DNA from: Anaeromyxobacteraceae bacterium
GTDB lineage: Bacteria; Myxococcota; Myxococcia; Myxococcales; Anaeromyxobacteraceae
Reading direction: 5' to 3'
Assembly: GCA_047602405.1 (NCBI GenBank)
Contig: JASGHJ010000002.1
Location: forward strand, 3,104,001-3,168,000
Length of the DNA stretch: 64,000 nt
The number at the start of each line of letters is the position of its first letter. Position 1 is the stretch's first letter. Made by a program: the position numbers and the translations under genes. Positions 52,885 to 63,174 of this stretch are shown here, piece by piece. Under the pieces are notes generated by a model. That model was not told the origin of the DNA, did not search any database, and saw only the letters and a list, made by a program, of their open reading frames with translations.

Positions 52885-53703
52885 ATGTGGAAGAGGACCC
52901 GCCTTCTGATCTGGGGAAAGACTTACCCGGAGTTCTCGAAGCGGTACTACGAAACGGTCTGCACCGGCGCGATCCACGGCGAGACGGGTCGCCTGATCCG
53001 GATCTACCCAATCACGCTCCGGTACCTCGACGAGCACTTCCGCAGCTACCAGTGGATCGAGGCAGAGATCGAGCGCAACACGAGCGACTTCCGCCCGGAG
53101 AGCTACAAGATCAAGCAGAACACGATCACTCTGGGTGACTTCCTTGATCCTCAGAAGAAGGACGGCTGGAAACGGCGAGCAGAGTGGATTCTCCGGCCCG
53201 GCAACGTCTTCACGTCAATGGAGGCGCTGAGAGAGGCGGAGCGAGCCGACCGCACGTCACTAGGCGTGATCAAGCCCAAGAGCATCAAGGGCTTCTACGC
53301 CCGCACGCGCTCCCCTGAGGACAAGGAGGAGTGGGAGCAGAAGCGCCAGCTAGCCATCACCCAGAAGGACCTCTTCGTGGACACGGAGAGCAAGGTCGGC
53401 GAACTGGAGTTCCGCTGGGTGGACTACCGGGTTGAGTTTCGCTGCGATGACCCGGCGTGTTCAACGCTGCACGACTGCTCGATCCTGGATTGGGGAATCT
53501 ACGTCCTCGATCGGAACCAGGAGAGGAAGAAGGGCAGCTACAAACTCGCGGAGGCGGACGTCCTCGCCAAGCTCCAGGAGATCGCGGATCCGCAGAAGAA
53601 GGACATCCACTTCTTCCTCGGCAACACTAAGGACCACTCGAACAACTTCTCGGTGGTGGGTCTCTTCTACCCGCCGATCGAGAGGCAGGGGCAACTGCTC
53701 TAG
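52885..53703 (+). CDS. Conserved hypothetical protein (KTYP...ETVC...IRIYP family)
   Basis: Clean ORF with atypical codon usage; motifs GKTYP, ETVCTG, DFRPES, FFLGN, GLFYPP. Confidence 0.75.
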   Translation: MWKRTRLLIWGKTYPEFSKRYYETVCTGAIHGETGRLIRIYPITLRYLDEHFRSYQWIEAEIERNTSDFRPESYKIKQNTITLGDFLDPQKKDGWKRRAEWILRPGNVFTSMEALREAERADRTSLGVIKPKSIKGFYARTRSPEDKEEWEQKRQLAITQKDLFVDTESKVGELEFRWVDYRVEFRCDDPACSTLHDCSILDWGIYVLDRNQERKKGSYKLAEADVLAKLQEIADPQKKDIHFFLGNTKDHSNNFSVVGLFYPPIERQGQLL

Positions 53704-54128
53704 AGGTTGTGGATCCTCACGCCCGCGAGCCCGGCCGCGCTTTTGGCCAGGATCGACCGATGGCACTTCGCGGGGTTGGCCTCGGCGCACAGGAGCGCAG
53801 AGCGCTCACCCGCGGCAGCGCCGATCACCGCCTCTGTGATCTCGGGGTGCTCGTCGAGGTGGGCACTGTAGAGGGCGAGGCACCGCTCCAGGTGGTCACC
53901 AGCCTCGTGCCGGAACGGATTCCCGGCTGACCTGATGTGGCGGTACGCGATCCCAGCGCGTCCGAGGGCGGCGCTGAGCGGCGTCTTCGAGAAGCCCTTG
54001 CGGCGGGACAGCGGGAGCTCGCGCACGTCGATCACCTGGGTGACGCTTGCTTCCCGGAGCACACGGACGAAGCCCTGGAGCGTCCGCCCTTCGTAGCCGA
54101 TCGTGAAGAGGACGTCTTTCTGGCTCAC
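53700..54128 (-). CDS. DUF488 family protein
   Basis: FTIGYEGR, IDVRELPLSRRKGFSK, LLCAE...CHRS. Confidence 0.88.
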   Translation of the reverse strand: MSQKDVLFTIGYEGRTLQGFVRVLREASVTQVIDVRELPLSRRKGFSKTPLSAALGRAGIAYRHIRSAGNPFRHEAGDHLERCLALYSAHLDEHPEITEAVIGAAAGERSALLCAEANPAKCHRSILAKSAAGLAGVRIHNL

Positions 54129-54215
54129 GGCGAAGTGTATACGGCTTCACCGCGGCGGGCGCCAGAATCACAGCGCCTCGCACCGGACGATCGAGCCCGC
54201 TATGATCGTCCAGCC

Positions 54216-54494
54216 ATGATGAGCAAGACCTGGACCCTCGTGATCGCTCACACGGCCGAGGTCGGCGTCCGCGTGCTCCTGCTAGAAGCCGCCCTAGCAG
54301 CAGACTTCGGCCGGTGGCTCCGCGCGAGCGGGTGGCATGTCAGGTTCGAGGACACGACCGCGAGGAGCCCCTACGAGCTGCGAAGGACCAAGGACGAAGA
54401 AGACCTCGCCGGTGGACTGGCCTCCGCCTACTCGCAGTGGGCCCGAGTCGCGCGACCCAGCCTCGCGTTGGCGGACCTGGGACGACATGGCTGA
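54216..54494 (+). CDS. Hypothetical protein
   Basis: TATGAT box 9 nt upstream; overlaps the next ORF. Confidence 0.45.
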   Translation: MMSKTWTLVIAHTAEVGVRVLLLEAALAADFGRWLRASGWHVRFEDTTARSPYELRRTKDEEDLAGGLASAYSQWARVARPSLALADLGRHG

Positions 54495-55002
54495 ACCCAA
54501 GCTCCTCAGAGTGGACTCGCTTGACCCGAACGTCGAGCGTGCTCAAGCACGTCGGCGCCGGCAACGCGGTGTTTCCGCCTGGATCGCTCAGTGGGTGACG
54601 CCCGACGTAGCGGACCATCCGCTTGAACTCGCGAATCCATCCGTCCGAAGCGGCGTGGTCCTCGTGGCCTCTTCTCGGGCCGCCGAGGACAAGGTCTGCG
54701 AGAGCGCGAGAGCGATCTACCTAGCCCAGCTTGCCGAACCGTCGTTCATCCTAGAGGTCTATCGACTGGAGCACGCGCCTCGGCCCCGACGTGGGCCCTC
54801 ACCGGTCACTGCGATCTACGCGATGCTCGAAGCCAAGATCGCGGGCGAGCGACGTCGAGCCCCCTTCGTCGGGCGCTTCCGCTTCGGTCGCGATCCTTGC
54901 CTTTACGTGAGGCGGGTCAAGAACCTCCGCGAACGCCAGGACGGCTCGCTCGACTGGGACGAGATCCCAATCCCTCCGGTCCCGGGTGATCCCAGCGAGT
55001 AG
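54487..55002 (+). CDS. Hypothetical protein
   Basis: Coupled to the upstream ORF; converges on the element's minus-strand operon. Confidence 0.5.
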   Translation: MAEPKLLRVDSLDPNVERAQARRRRQRGVSAWIAQWVTPDVADHPLELANPSVRSGVVLVASSRAAEDKVCESARAIYLAQLAEPSFILEVYRLEHAPRPRRGPSPVTAIYAMLEAKIAGERRRAPFVGRFRFGRDPCLYVRRVKNLRERQDGSLDWDEIPIPPVPGDPSE

Positions 55003-55017
55003 GGCGACGGCGCCTCC

Positions 55018-55317
55018 CTACTCGCTGTGCAGCGCGAGCAGCTTGCTCACCGCCGCCGCGTGCCCGGCGTGGTTCGGGTCGTTGAGGGCGGGGTCCTTGC
55101 GAAGCTCCGCGAGGGCGGCCTTCCGGTCGGCCCGGGGCGGGGGCGGGGCCGCGGAGGCGGCGACGAGGTCCGACTCCCTGGCCGTGAGGTTCACAAGGCG
55201 CTCGGCCTCGGCCGCGCGTTCCTCGGGGAGCATCCCCCGGTCCTCCATCAGGCGCTTGCGGGAGGCCGCGATCTCGGCACGGGCGGAGCGGATGGCTTCG
55301 AGCTGCTCGGGGGTCAT
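55018..55317 (-). CDS. Small helical protein with phage-scaffold-like C-terminus
   Basis: SD GGAGGT; ATGA overlap; tail ALAELRKDPALNDPNHAGHAAAVSKLLAL. Confidence 0.6.
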   Translation of the reverse strand: MTPEQLEAIRSARAEIAASRKRLMEDRGMLPEERAAEAERLVNLTARESDLVAASAAPPPPRADRKAALAELRKDPALNDPNHAGHAAAVSKLLALHSE

Positions 55318-55868
55318 GGTGTCACCTCCAGGATGCCTCTGCGGATCTCCTCGCGGATCTCCTGGGCGCGTTTCGTGATCGAAAGGTCCCCGACGTCGCT
55401 CCGCACGCGCTCGAAGTCGAAATCGGACGAGATCGACTCGCCGCCGTGACGGATGGCGAGGAGCAGGGCCGCAGCCTCGCGGAACGCGTCGATCGCCTGA
55501 GGCTTCCGGGCGCGTAGCGCTGCGAGCACGAGGCCCCGCTCCTCCTGGACGATCTCGCCGCTGAGCTGCTCGACCTCCCGGCGGACGTGCCCGAGGGCGT
55601 GGTCGAGCGCGGGCACCTGCTCCCGCAGTTCGGTCTCGTGCTCGAAGGCGCGAGCGAAGGCAGCCTTGGCCGCCTCGGCGCGGGCCTCCGCGTCCGCCGT
55701 GCCCTCCAGGACGGCCGTGACCGCCAGCTCCTTCGAGGCGGCGGAGGTCTCCTGCGTGAGGAGGGCCGCGCGCTCGACCTCTCCGCGCACCCGGTTCAGC
55801 TCCTTCGAGATGCGGTCGTGGACGGCCTGTCGCTCGGCGAGGCGCGTACGCTTCTGTGCGAGTTCCAC
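55314..55868 (-). CDS. Coiled-coil protein
   Basis: SD AAGGAGG; long heptad-like helices. Confidence 0.7.
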   Translation of the reverse strand: MELAQKRTRLAERQAVHDRISKELNRVRGEVERAALLTQETSAASKELAVTAVLEGTADAEARAEAAKAAFARAFEHETELREQVPALDHALGHVRREVEQLSGEIVQEERGLVLAALRARKPQAIDAFREAAALLLAIRHGGESISSDFDFERVRSDVGDLSITKRAQEIREEIRRGILEVTP

Positions 55869-55878
55869 GGGCGCCTCC

Positions 55879-56259
55879 TTACGCGGTGACCGGGTAGTCC
55901 GCCGCGCGGGCGAGGATCGCGGCCTTGCGGCCTTCGAGGGCGGCGTCGGTGAAACTCGCGAGGAACTTGGCCTTGGTCGCGTTCCACGCGGTCGCGGCGT
56001 CCGAGCCGCCCGAGAGCTGCCGCGCGTAGAACGGGGCGATCTCCTCGTTCAGGCGGGAGGTCGAGATCCCGTCCGCCTGCGGCGCCGTCGCGCCCGCAGC
56101 GACGAGGACGCGGAACTTCGCGGAGGCCAGCGCCTCGGGCTGCGAGAACTGCGGGTTCACGCTCGCGAGGGCGGCGGCCCAAGCGGCCTCGGGCGAGTTG
56201 CCGGCGGCGACGGACGCCTTCACTGCCGCCACGAGGTCATCGAACTCCTTGGTCGTCAT
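55879..56259 (-). CDS. Ala-rich hypothetical protein
   Basis: SD AAGGAGG; internal repeat GNSPEAAW / GSDAATAW. Confidence 0.7.
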   Translation of the reverse strand: MTTKEFDDLVAAVKASVAAGNSPEAAWAAALASVNPQFSQPEALASAKFRVLVAAGATAPQADGISTSRLNEEIAPFYARQLSGGSDAATAWNATKAKFLASFTDAALEGRKAAILARAADYPVTA

Positions 56260-56279
56260 CGGGTGTTCCTCCTTGGACC

Positions 56280-56612
56280 TCAGCCTCGTTCGTCGCGTGG
56301 TATCGCTTCAACGGGCGGTGACGATCCCAGAGGGCCCCACCGCTGGCGGATGGTCTGGGGGTGCGGGACCTCCTGCGGGAGGTACCCGAGCGCGAGGAGG
56401 CGCCTCCGGGTTGCCAGAGCAGCCTCCCGGGACGAGAAGCCCGAGGCGACGAGGTCCTGGTAGATGGCCGCGCCCACGCGCCTCCGGGCCTCGCGGGCCA
56501 CCGCCGGGCGCGACTCGACGAGCTTCCGCAGCTCGGCCAGTGCGGCGGGCTCGGGGAGCCTGCCGGCAGCGAGGGCCTCCAGGGCGTCGGCGAGGAGCGC
56601 GGCGTCGGTCAC
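56280..56612 (-). CDS. Hypothetical protein
   Basis: GTGA overlap with the upstream ORF. Confidence 0.5.
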   Translation of the reverse strand: MTDAALLADALEALAAGRLPEPAALAELRKLVESRPAVAREARRRVGAAIYQDLVASGFSSREAALATRRRLLALGYLPQEVPHPQTIRQRWGPLGSSPPVEAIPRDERG

Positions 56613-56845
56613 GTCCCGCTCGCCTCCCGGAGGAGTTGGCGCCCGAGGAGGTCGAGGAGGTCCCGGTGTGCCGCGATCTCCTCCCTGTGGGCAGTAGGCG
56701 CGAGGCGCACCGCGCGCGAGAGGGCTCGGCAGGCGTCCGCCACGGACGACTCGCACGCGAGGACCCGCTGATCGGGCTCGGGCACCTCGCGGCGCTCGAA
56801 GGGGATCGGCCTGGGACGACCGGAGCCGGCGGGGGTGTTCGCCAC
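56609..56845 (-). CDS. Hypothetical protein
   Basis: SD GAGGAGGT before the GTG. Confidence 0.5.
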   Translation of the reverse strand: MANTPAGSGRPRPIPFERREVPEPDQRVLACESSVADACRALSRAVRLAPTAHREEIAAHRDLLDLLGRQLLREASGT

Positions 56846-56849
56846 GTCC

Positions 56850-57434
56850 TCACCTCCTCAGCGACCGACGCACGGCCACCGCGTGCTTGCCGCGCTCCTC
56901 GGACTCAAGCCACGCGTCGAGCCTGCGGCGGTCCTCCTCGGGCGTTGGCGGCCGAGTCGGGCGGAGCACGGGGCCCGGCTCGCGCGCGGCTGCCTCGATC
57001 TGTGGGCGCCACGCGGTGAGCATCTCCGGGGGCACGTCGGGCGCGACCACTGCGGCGACCTCGGGCCAGGGCAGGCCACCCCGGAGGAGCGCCGCCGCGT
57101 GCCGCACGTCGGCATCGCGGAGCCCCTGGCGCCCCACCAGCGGCTCCGGGAGCGGTCGCGAGGCCGGCGGGCCTACCTCGGCCGCTCGCCTCCCGACCTC
57201 CCCCCGGTAGCGCTCCACCGCGTCGGGGTGCACGTTATCGGCGACGAGGTCCTCGCGGATCGCTGACCACGGGGTTCCCGCCCGCAGCGCCCTCGCCGCC
57301 TGGACAACCTCCTCCTCCCTGAGGTCATGGCGCCACGGACGCTTCGAGCGCGGCAGCCCGCGCGGAGGGATCTCGATCGTCGGGGTCGAGGGCTTCGTGT
57401 TCGAGTCTCTGAACTTCTGCCGCGGGTCGGTCAA
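56850..57434 (-). CDS. Hypothetical protein with duplicated HTH-like module
   Basis: TTGA overlap with the terL stop; SD GAGGAG; LREEEVVQAARALRAGTPW / LRDADVRHAAALLRGGLPW. Confidence 0.6.
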   Translation of the reverse strand: MTDPRQKFRDSNTKPSTPTIEIPPRGLPRSKRPWRHDLREEEVVQAARALRAGTPWSAIREDLVADNVHPDAVERYRGEVGRRAAEVGPPASRPLPEPLVGRQGLRDADVRHAAALLRGGLPWPEVAAVVAPDVPPEMLTAWRPQIEAAAREPGPVLRPTRPPTPEEDRRRLDAWLESEERGKHAVAVRRSLRR

Positions 57435-58745
57435 AGCGTGCTCCTCGGGTGGAGGCTGCTCCGCACGCTGAGGACGCGCGGCTCGGCCCACGTGCGGCCG
57501 GTGCTCGGGTCGCGGTAGACGGGCGACATGTCGTGATCGGCTAGGCACAGGGCCGCGTAGCGGATCGAGTCCGCCGCGTGCGAGTGGATGTCGTGGAGCG
57601 GGGGGCCGCGCCCGCCGTGGCGCTCGTCGGTATCGCGGCGGTACATCGCGAGGTGATCAATCCCCTCGGCCGTGTACCCCTCGTCGAACACGCAGTGCGG
57701 GAGGAGCGACGCCGCCGCAGCGATCCCCTCCTCGACGCCGCAGCGGGGCGCGACCTCGACGTGGAAGCCGAGGATCTCCAGGGCTTCGAGCCGGGAGCGG
57801 CCCGAGACGAGATCGCGTACCCGGATGTCGTGGGGCGCGTAGACCGTACGGACCCCAAGAATCGCGGAGGGTGCGGCCCACGTCGGCAAGGCCGGTGCCC
57901 ACCCACTCTCGGAAGAGGAGGATCCGGTGCTCCCCGGCGATGCTCTGCCCGACCCACGCGGAGGTGGCGTCTGCGATCCCGAGGTCGAGACTCGCCCACG
58001 CGTCGGCCTCGTCGATCCAGGGCACCGCGGGCAGGATGCGGCCGGCGGCGCGGAGGGCGGTGATGATCGCCCCGTAGATTGAGCCGGGCGGCGCCGCGGA
58101 GAAGTCGCACTCGAACTCCCGCGCGTACGCGTCGGCCGGCATCGTCGCGCGCGCTGCGGCCAGCTCCCCCGCGGGCAGCACGCCCGTCTCGGAGGCTCGG
58201 AAGAGGAAGTGGCTCCAATCCGGGAGGCCGCGGGTGTCCTGGATGAGCCGGTACAATGGATCGCGTCCCTTGGGCGTGCCGATGAAGATCGCCCAGCCCA
58301 GCCGATCGGCGAGGGCGGGGCGGACCACGCTCGCGAACACGCTGTCCTCCATGAGGGCGTACTCGTCGAGCACCACCCCGTCGAGCCCGACGCCGCGGAG
58401 GCTGTCCGCGCCGTCGAGTGCGCCCGCGAGGAAGACGGCCGAGCCGTTCGGGAACACGACGCGAAGCTCCTGCTCGAACACCTGGACGCCGGGGACCGGC
58501 CGGACGTGGTCCTTGAGGCGCTGCCACGCGACGACCTTGGCCTGCGTACGGGTCGGGCCGACGTAGGCGCAGAGAGCGCCCGCCTTCCGCAGGGCGGTGT
58601 CGGCCAGCTCCGCGATCGCGGCCTCCGTCTTGCCGCCGCGACGGTGGACGACCGCGACCGTGAACCGGCGCCGCTCGCGGTGGACGCGCTCCTGCCAGGG
58701 CCGCGGGACGTAGCTGAGGCGGACCTCACGAGTGAACGGTTTCAT
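57431..58745 (-). CDS. terL: Terminase large subunit (frameshift at 57859)
   Basis: PRPWQ, HRRGGKT (Walker A), LRG, VVLDEY (Walker B), GTPKG, DLGIAD, APHD, SHAADSIRY. Confidence 0.88.
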
Positions 58746-59491
58746 CCGTAGAGGACCTCTTCGAGGGTGAGACTTCCTTCTTCTGAAAGTGCTCGGCCTG
58801 CGATCTCGGCTGCTTGGGCTTCGCGGGGTGACCGCGGGGAATCGACCGGGGTGACATTGACCGCGGCGAGGGCGGGAAGCGGATCACGCGACGGGACCCC
58901 CGTGTTCACCACGAGCACCTGCACGGCGCCGGGGCCGATCACCACCTGCGTGTCCTGGTAGAGGTTCGCGAGCTTGTTGACGAGGTCCTCCGCTCGCAGC
59001 GCGGCGTTGCGATCGCCCTCCTCTTCGGCTTCGCGCCCGAGTCGTTGGATGCGAGCGATCTGGCCCTCACGCGTCACCTGGGCAGCGCGCCGCGCACGCT
59101 CGCGGAGGAGCGCGACAAGCTCGACCACCTCGGGCCGTCTGAGGACCATCCACGGCGCCCCGCCACGAGGGGACAGCCCGGCTGCGCGCGCGGCTGCCGG
59201 CAGCGAGGCTCCGCCCGCGTGCTCCTCCGCGAGCCGCGTCGCCTTGGCCGTGCACCTCGCCCGTGCGTCCGCGATGCGCTCCTCAAGCGCGTCCGCGTCG
59301 AGCTGCTCGACCGGGAGGGTCGTCCCCTCACCTTCCCTCAGCCCACTGCCGGCCGGTGGTGGGGATGGTGGGGTTTCGGGCCCACTCGCCAACCGCTCAC
59401 CTACCTCGACACTCTCATTTCTCTCCGCCACCGTCGTCTCCCTCTCCGCCCGAAATGTTGAAGGTGAATTTCCTTCCGCGTTGGCAACCAC
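58742..59491 (-). CDS. terS: Terminase small subunit-like protein
   Basis: AARAAGLS..VLRRPEV..AALRAEDLVNKLANLY pattern; ATGA-coupled to terL. Confidence 0.7.
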   Translation of the reverse strand: MVANAEGNSPSTFRAERETTVAERNESVEVGERLASGPETPPSPPPAGSGLREGEGTTLPVEQLDADALEERIADARARCTAKATRLAEEHAGGASLPAAARAAGLSPRGGAPWMVLRRPEVVELVALLRERARRAAQVTREGQIARIQRLGREAEEEGDRNAALRAEDLVNKLANLYQDTQVVIGPGAVQVLVVNTGVPSRDPLPALAAVNVTPVDSPRSPREAQAAEIAGRALSEEGSLTLEEVLYG

Positions 59492-59493
59492 CC

Positions 59494-62491
59494 CTAAGAC
59501 TCCACCATCCCCACCACCGGACTCTCCACGTGGTAGAGGGTCCGGCCGCGGACGATTCGGGCGCGGAGCACGAGGTCCAGGTTCGCGAGGGGCTGGTCCA
59601 CGAGAGTACCGAGGAAGTGACCCAACGCGGGCGCGCTGTGCACCCGCTTCCGGTCGGTCGCCTCAATCGCGTCGCGCAGCGCCGCCTCGTCGGTGTCCGA
59701 GGGTGGAAGGTCGATCCCTCCGTTCACTCGCCGGACCACTTCCGTGCATGAGAACTCCCGCGCGGCCGGAACGGCACCGCCCGGATCCACCACCCCGAAC
59801 ACCGCGGCGAGCGCGACGAGAGCCGAGACCTTCGCCTTCTGTTCCGGGCTCGACTCCGCGACCTCGGCCCGCTTATCGAAGATCCCGCTCTCCCCGGCGA
59901 AGGCGAGCGGCCACGTCACGAGTCGGTCCACGTCGCTGCCGAGGCCGAGGCTCGGCCCTTCCTCGCGTGCCCCAGCCGCGAACCACGCCCGCTGGATCGT
60001 GAGGAGCGCGTGGAGGACCTCGACGCGGATGGTCTGCGCATACGCAATCGGATCAGCGTTCCTGAACCTCCGCTGCTCGGGGCACGCCTCCTTCGCGAGG
60101 AGGTCGATCTTCACGAACCGCCGGATCAGGTCCGATGCGACCTCGACCTTGTTCCCCGTGAAGACGAACAGCGAGCACGTGGGCACGTCCACGTCCTGCG
60201 TCAGCCCGAGGATTCGCTGCGTGTAGACCGGCGACGTGATGATGGGCGACAGGACCGGGTTGTCGATCGTCGCGCCATCCGGGACGTTGTCGAAGCAGAT
60301 CATCGTCGGGCTGCGCATCAGCGTCGCGAGGATCTGCTTGCGAGCCTCGCCCTGATCCTCGGGCAACGTCTGCACCGCCATGTCTCGGCCAGTGAGGACG
60401 GTGTGCATCATCCTCGCGAGCGTCGTCTTCCCCGTGCCCTGGACCGTGGCGTTGATCAGGATCGCTGGGCCCTGGCTCGTCGCCTTCCTGGAGACCCCGG
60501 TGAGGAGCGCCGCGATCGCAGCGGCCCCGTCCACCCCGGCGTCCTTGAAGAAGCACCTCCGCGAAGAGCAGCTCGCGGATGCGATGCGCCGCTGCGACCG
60601 CCTCGTCCCTCGTCGGCGCCGGCTTCACCTGCGGGAACCGCCAGCCGTCGAATGACAGGAAGAGGCCCGTCGCGTCGTCGAGGCCCTCGCCTGAGAGGAG
60701 CCGACCGCTCGGAGTGTGAACAGGGTGGAGAACGAGCCCGGTGACGCGCGGCGCGCGCTTGTCCGGGAGGTCCAGCATGAAGGTCGGGAGCTTGTCGAAC
60801 GGAACCTCCATCGGGACCACAGCCCCCTTCTCGCCGCGCCGGTAGAGGCACACCGACTTCTCGATCGCGAGGAGCATCGAGACCTTCGTGTGCGGCACGA
60901 AGAGGACCTGCTTGGGAGGCGGGAGCCGGTCGTCCGGGGACCGGTGGGCGTTGTCCGGGTGCTCGGAGTTCGGGATCTCGTCCTTGGCGACCCGGACGTA
61001 GGCGCGGTCGATCCGGAGGAGTCCGTCCTCGATCAGCGCCGCCTCGACCTGGGGCAGCATCGAGTTGTAGGACATCGGGTTCCACAGGACCGGCGCGCGG
61101 TCCTTCGCGACGAGCGTGAGCCGGTCCTTCGACCTCGCCGCCTTGTAGGACGCCGAGCGCTCCGCAAAGAACACCTTCCAGGCGTTCGTGATCGCCCGCT
61201 TCTTCCCGATGTTCAGCTTCTCGACCACGAAGGTGAGCGCGTCCTCGAGCCCGACGGGATCGAGGTGCGCGTCATAGACGACCTTCGCCCACGCCTCAGT
61301 TGCGAGCGGCTCGTCGCGTTCGTTCGCGTCGAGTGCCAGTTCGACGAGGGCCCGCCTAACCTCCTCCAGCGACACCCCGGAGCCCGTCCGCGAGTAGATG
61401 CGCTGGAAGTAGCGCTCCTCGCCGGCCTTCGCCTTCTCCGCGCCGGCGCCGTGCGGGTACGAGATCAGGAGGTGTCGCGTCTCGCGGTAGCTGAGCCCGC
61501 GCGCCTTGAGCATCGAGCCCAGCGACATGTCGAGGCCGGACCTGGAATCGTCGCCGAGCCCCGTGCCTCGCCCCTGCCACCGCGCCTCCAGGAGCACGTC
61601 CGCCGCCCTGAGAGCGTCGAACCGCTCCGCCAAGGCGAGGCGCTCCCCCTCGTCGAGCGGGGCCGTTTCTTCCGTGAAGCTCTCTTCGCGGGGCGCACGG
61701 GGCGACTCCTCGGGAACAGGCTCGGGGAGGCCGTCCGAGAGCTGCGCGATCGTGTACCGGGCCCCCGCGTCGGCGTGCAGCACCGCCGCGAGACGCGCGA
61801 CCTTCGGGTATCCCTTCGCCATCTTCTTCTTGGTCGGGTGGTTCACCGTCCCGGCGAGGCGGAGTATGCGATCGACGTTGTGGGTCCCTGGGTCCCCGCC
61901 CCACCGCGCAACGAGGCGCCGGTTCAGGTGCTCGACGTCCGCGTGCTCCACAGGCTCCGCGAGCCGCCACAGGGCGGAGATGCCGTTCCCGGAACTCCAC
62001 ACGACCGTGGGTGGCGCCGGGCTCGCGGCCATCTCCGCGGCCACGATCTCGTGAAGGTAGGAGCGAGCTCCCGAGTAGCCGCCCTTCTGCGCCATGAAGG
62101 CGTCGGGGTCGATCTCGACGTGGGCGAACCGCGCCGCGCCGATCTCGGCCTTGGATGGCTTCTTGAAGACGCGCTCCGCGGGCGCGTTCACCGAGAAGTA
62201 GAGCTGCTCGCCCTTTCGGTTGTACGCGCAGGCGATCTCCGCGCCCTTCGCCCGCGCCGCGGAGTCCGACGCATCGATGGTGAAGCCCTTCATCCCGTCC
62301 GGCCCGAGGTGGCAGACGACCACGAGCCCCCCGAGCTGCTCCAGAAAGGCCGCGACGGCAGACTGGTCCGGCGCGACGGGTGGCGGCGTGATTCGCGTCT
62401 TGCTAGGCTCCTGGGAGTTGGTCGCTCTCGATGCTGTCCTGACGCGCTCGCCCTGCCCGGCGGGCGCGTCTGTTTCTTCGAGGCTCGTCAT
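59494..62491 (-). CDS. Primase (RepB-like AEP) fused to a P-loop helicase-like domain (frameshift near 60556)
   Basis: YFSVN, HVEID, SSGNG, RILRLAGTVN; C-terminal QGTGKT, CFDNV, FTGN, DLIRR. Confidence 0.75.
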
Positions 62492-62919
62492 GGGCGGGCC
62501 CTCCTGCGAACGCGGATGCAGCCCGGCGCGATGTTCCGGTCGGTCCGTCTCGCCTCGCGCGGCAGCCCGCCGACGTCGAGCATGTTCACCTCGCGCCGCA
62601 GGCGGTCTCCCCGCAGCCCATGGAAGGCATGTAGCCACTCGCGCACGAGAGCCCGCATTGCCGTGAGGTCCTCGCGGTGCATCAGGACGTCACTCGGGTG
62701 CGTCCACGCCCCCACGGCGCCGTCGATCCACCCGACCAACCGTGACACTGGCGAGGTGTCACGCCGGAGCGAGGCGAAGTTCTCCAGGGGTGGGAGCGTC
62801 AAGGTCAGCCCGAACTGCGCGTCCTCTTCCGCCCACGCTGCTTGCGCGGGAGAGCGCCGTGCGAGGCGCCAACGGCCGAGCAGCGGGCGCGGGTTGATGA
62901 TGCGTTGGCGAGTCGTCAT
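62488..62919 (-). CDS. Hypothetical protein
   Basis: SD-like AGGGGG; ATGA-coupled to the primase. Confidence 0.55.
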   Translation of the reverse strand: MTTRQRIINPRPLLGRWRLARRSPAQAAWAEEDAQFGLTLTLPPLENFASLRRDTSPVSRLVGWIDGAVGAWTHPSDVLMHREDLTAMRALVREWLHAFHGLRGDRLRREVNMLDVGGLPREARRTDRNIAPGCIRVRRRARP

Positions 62920-62928
62920 GGCTGCCCC

Positions 62929-63174
62929 CTACCGAGTGGCGTCGGCGAGCCCGCCGCGAAGGTTGGCAGCCCCGCGGCGCGCGGACTGCGGGCGCGCGAT
63001 CTGGCGGTCTACCCACGCGAGGATTTCTGACTCCAGCCAGGTGCGGCGTTCGGCGACGTAGGACGGCGCCGGGAAGTCCCCCGCTCGGCACCGGCGCCAG
63101 ATCGACACCCTGTGAAGCCCTGTCAGCCTCTCCGCGTCCCGGATCCCGACACGGCGGTCCGTTGCTGGTTTCAT
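62929..63174 (-). CDS. alpA: AlpA-family regulator/excisionase
   Basis: RLTGLHRVSIWR...GDFPAP...RTWLESEILAWV. Confidence 0.85.
   Translation of the reverse strand: MKPATDRRVGIRDAERLTGLHRVSIWRRCRAGDFPAPSYVAERRTWLESEILAWVDRQIARPQSARRGAANLRGGLADATR

Noticed and set aside
51487..54128. Named defence system (PARIS, Septu, Gabija, retron, DarTG)
   Set aside because: The required partners (TOPRIM/HNH nuclease, UvrD, reverse transcriptase, DarT/macrodomain) are not visible.
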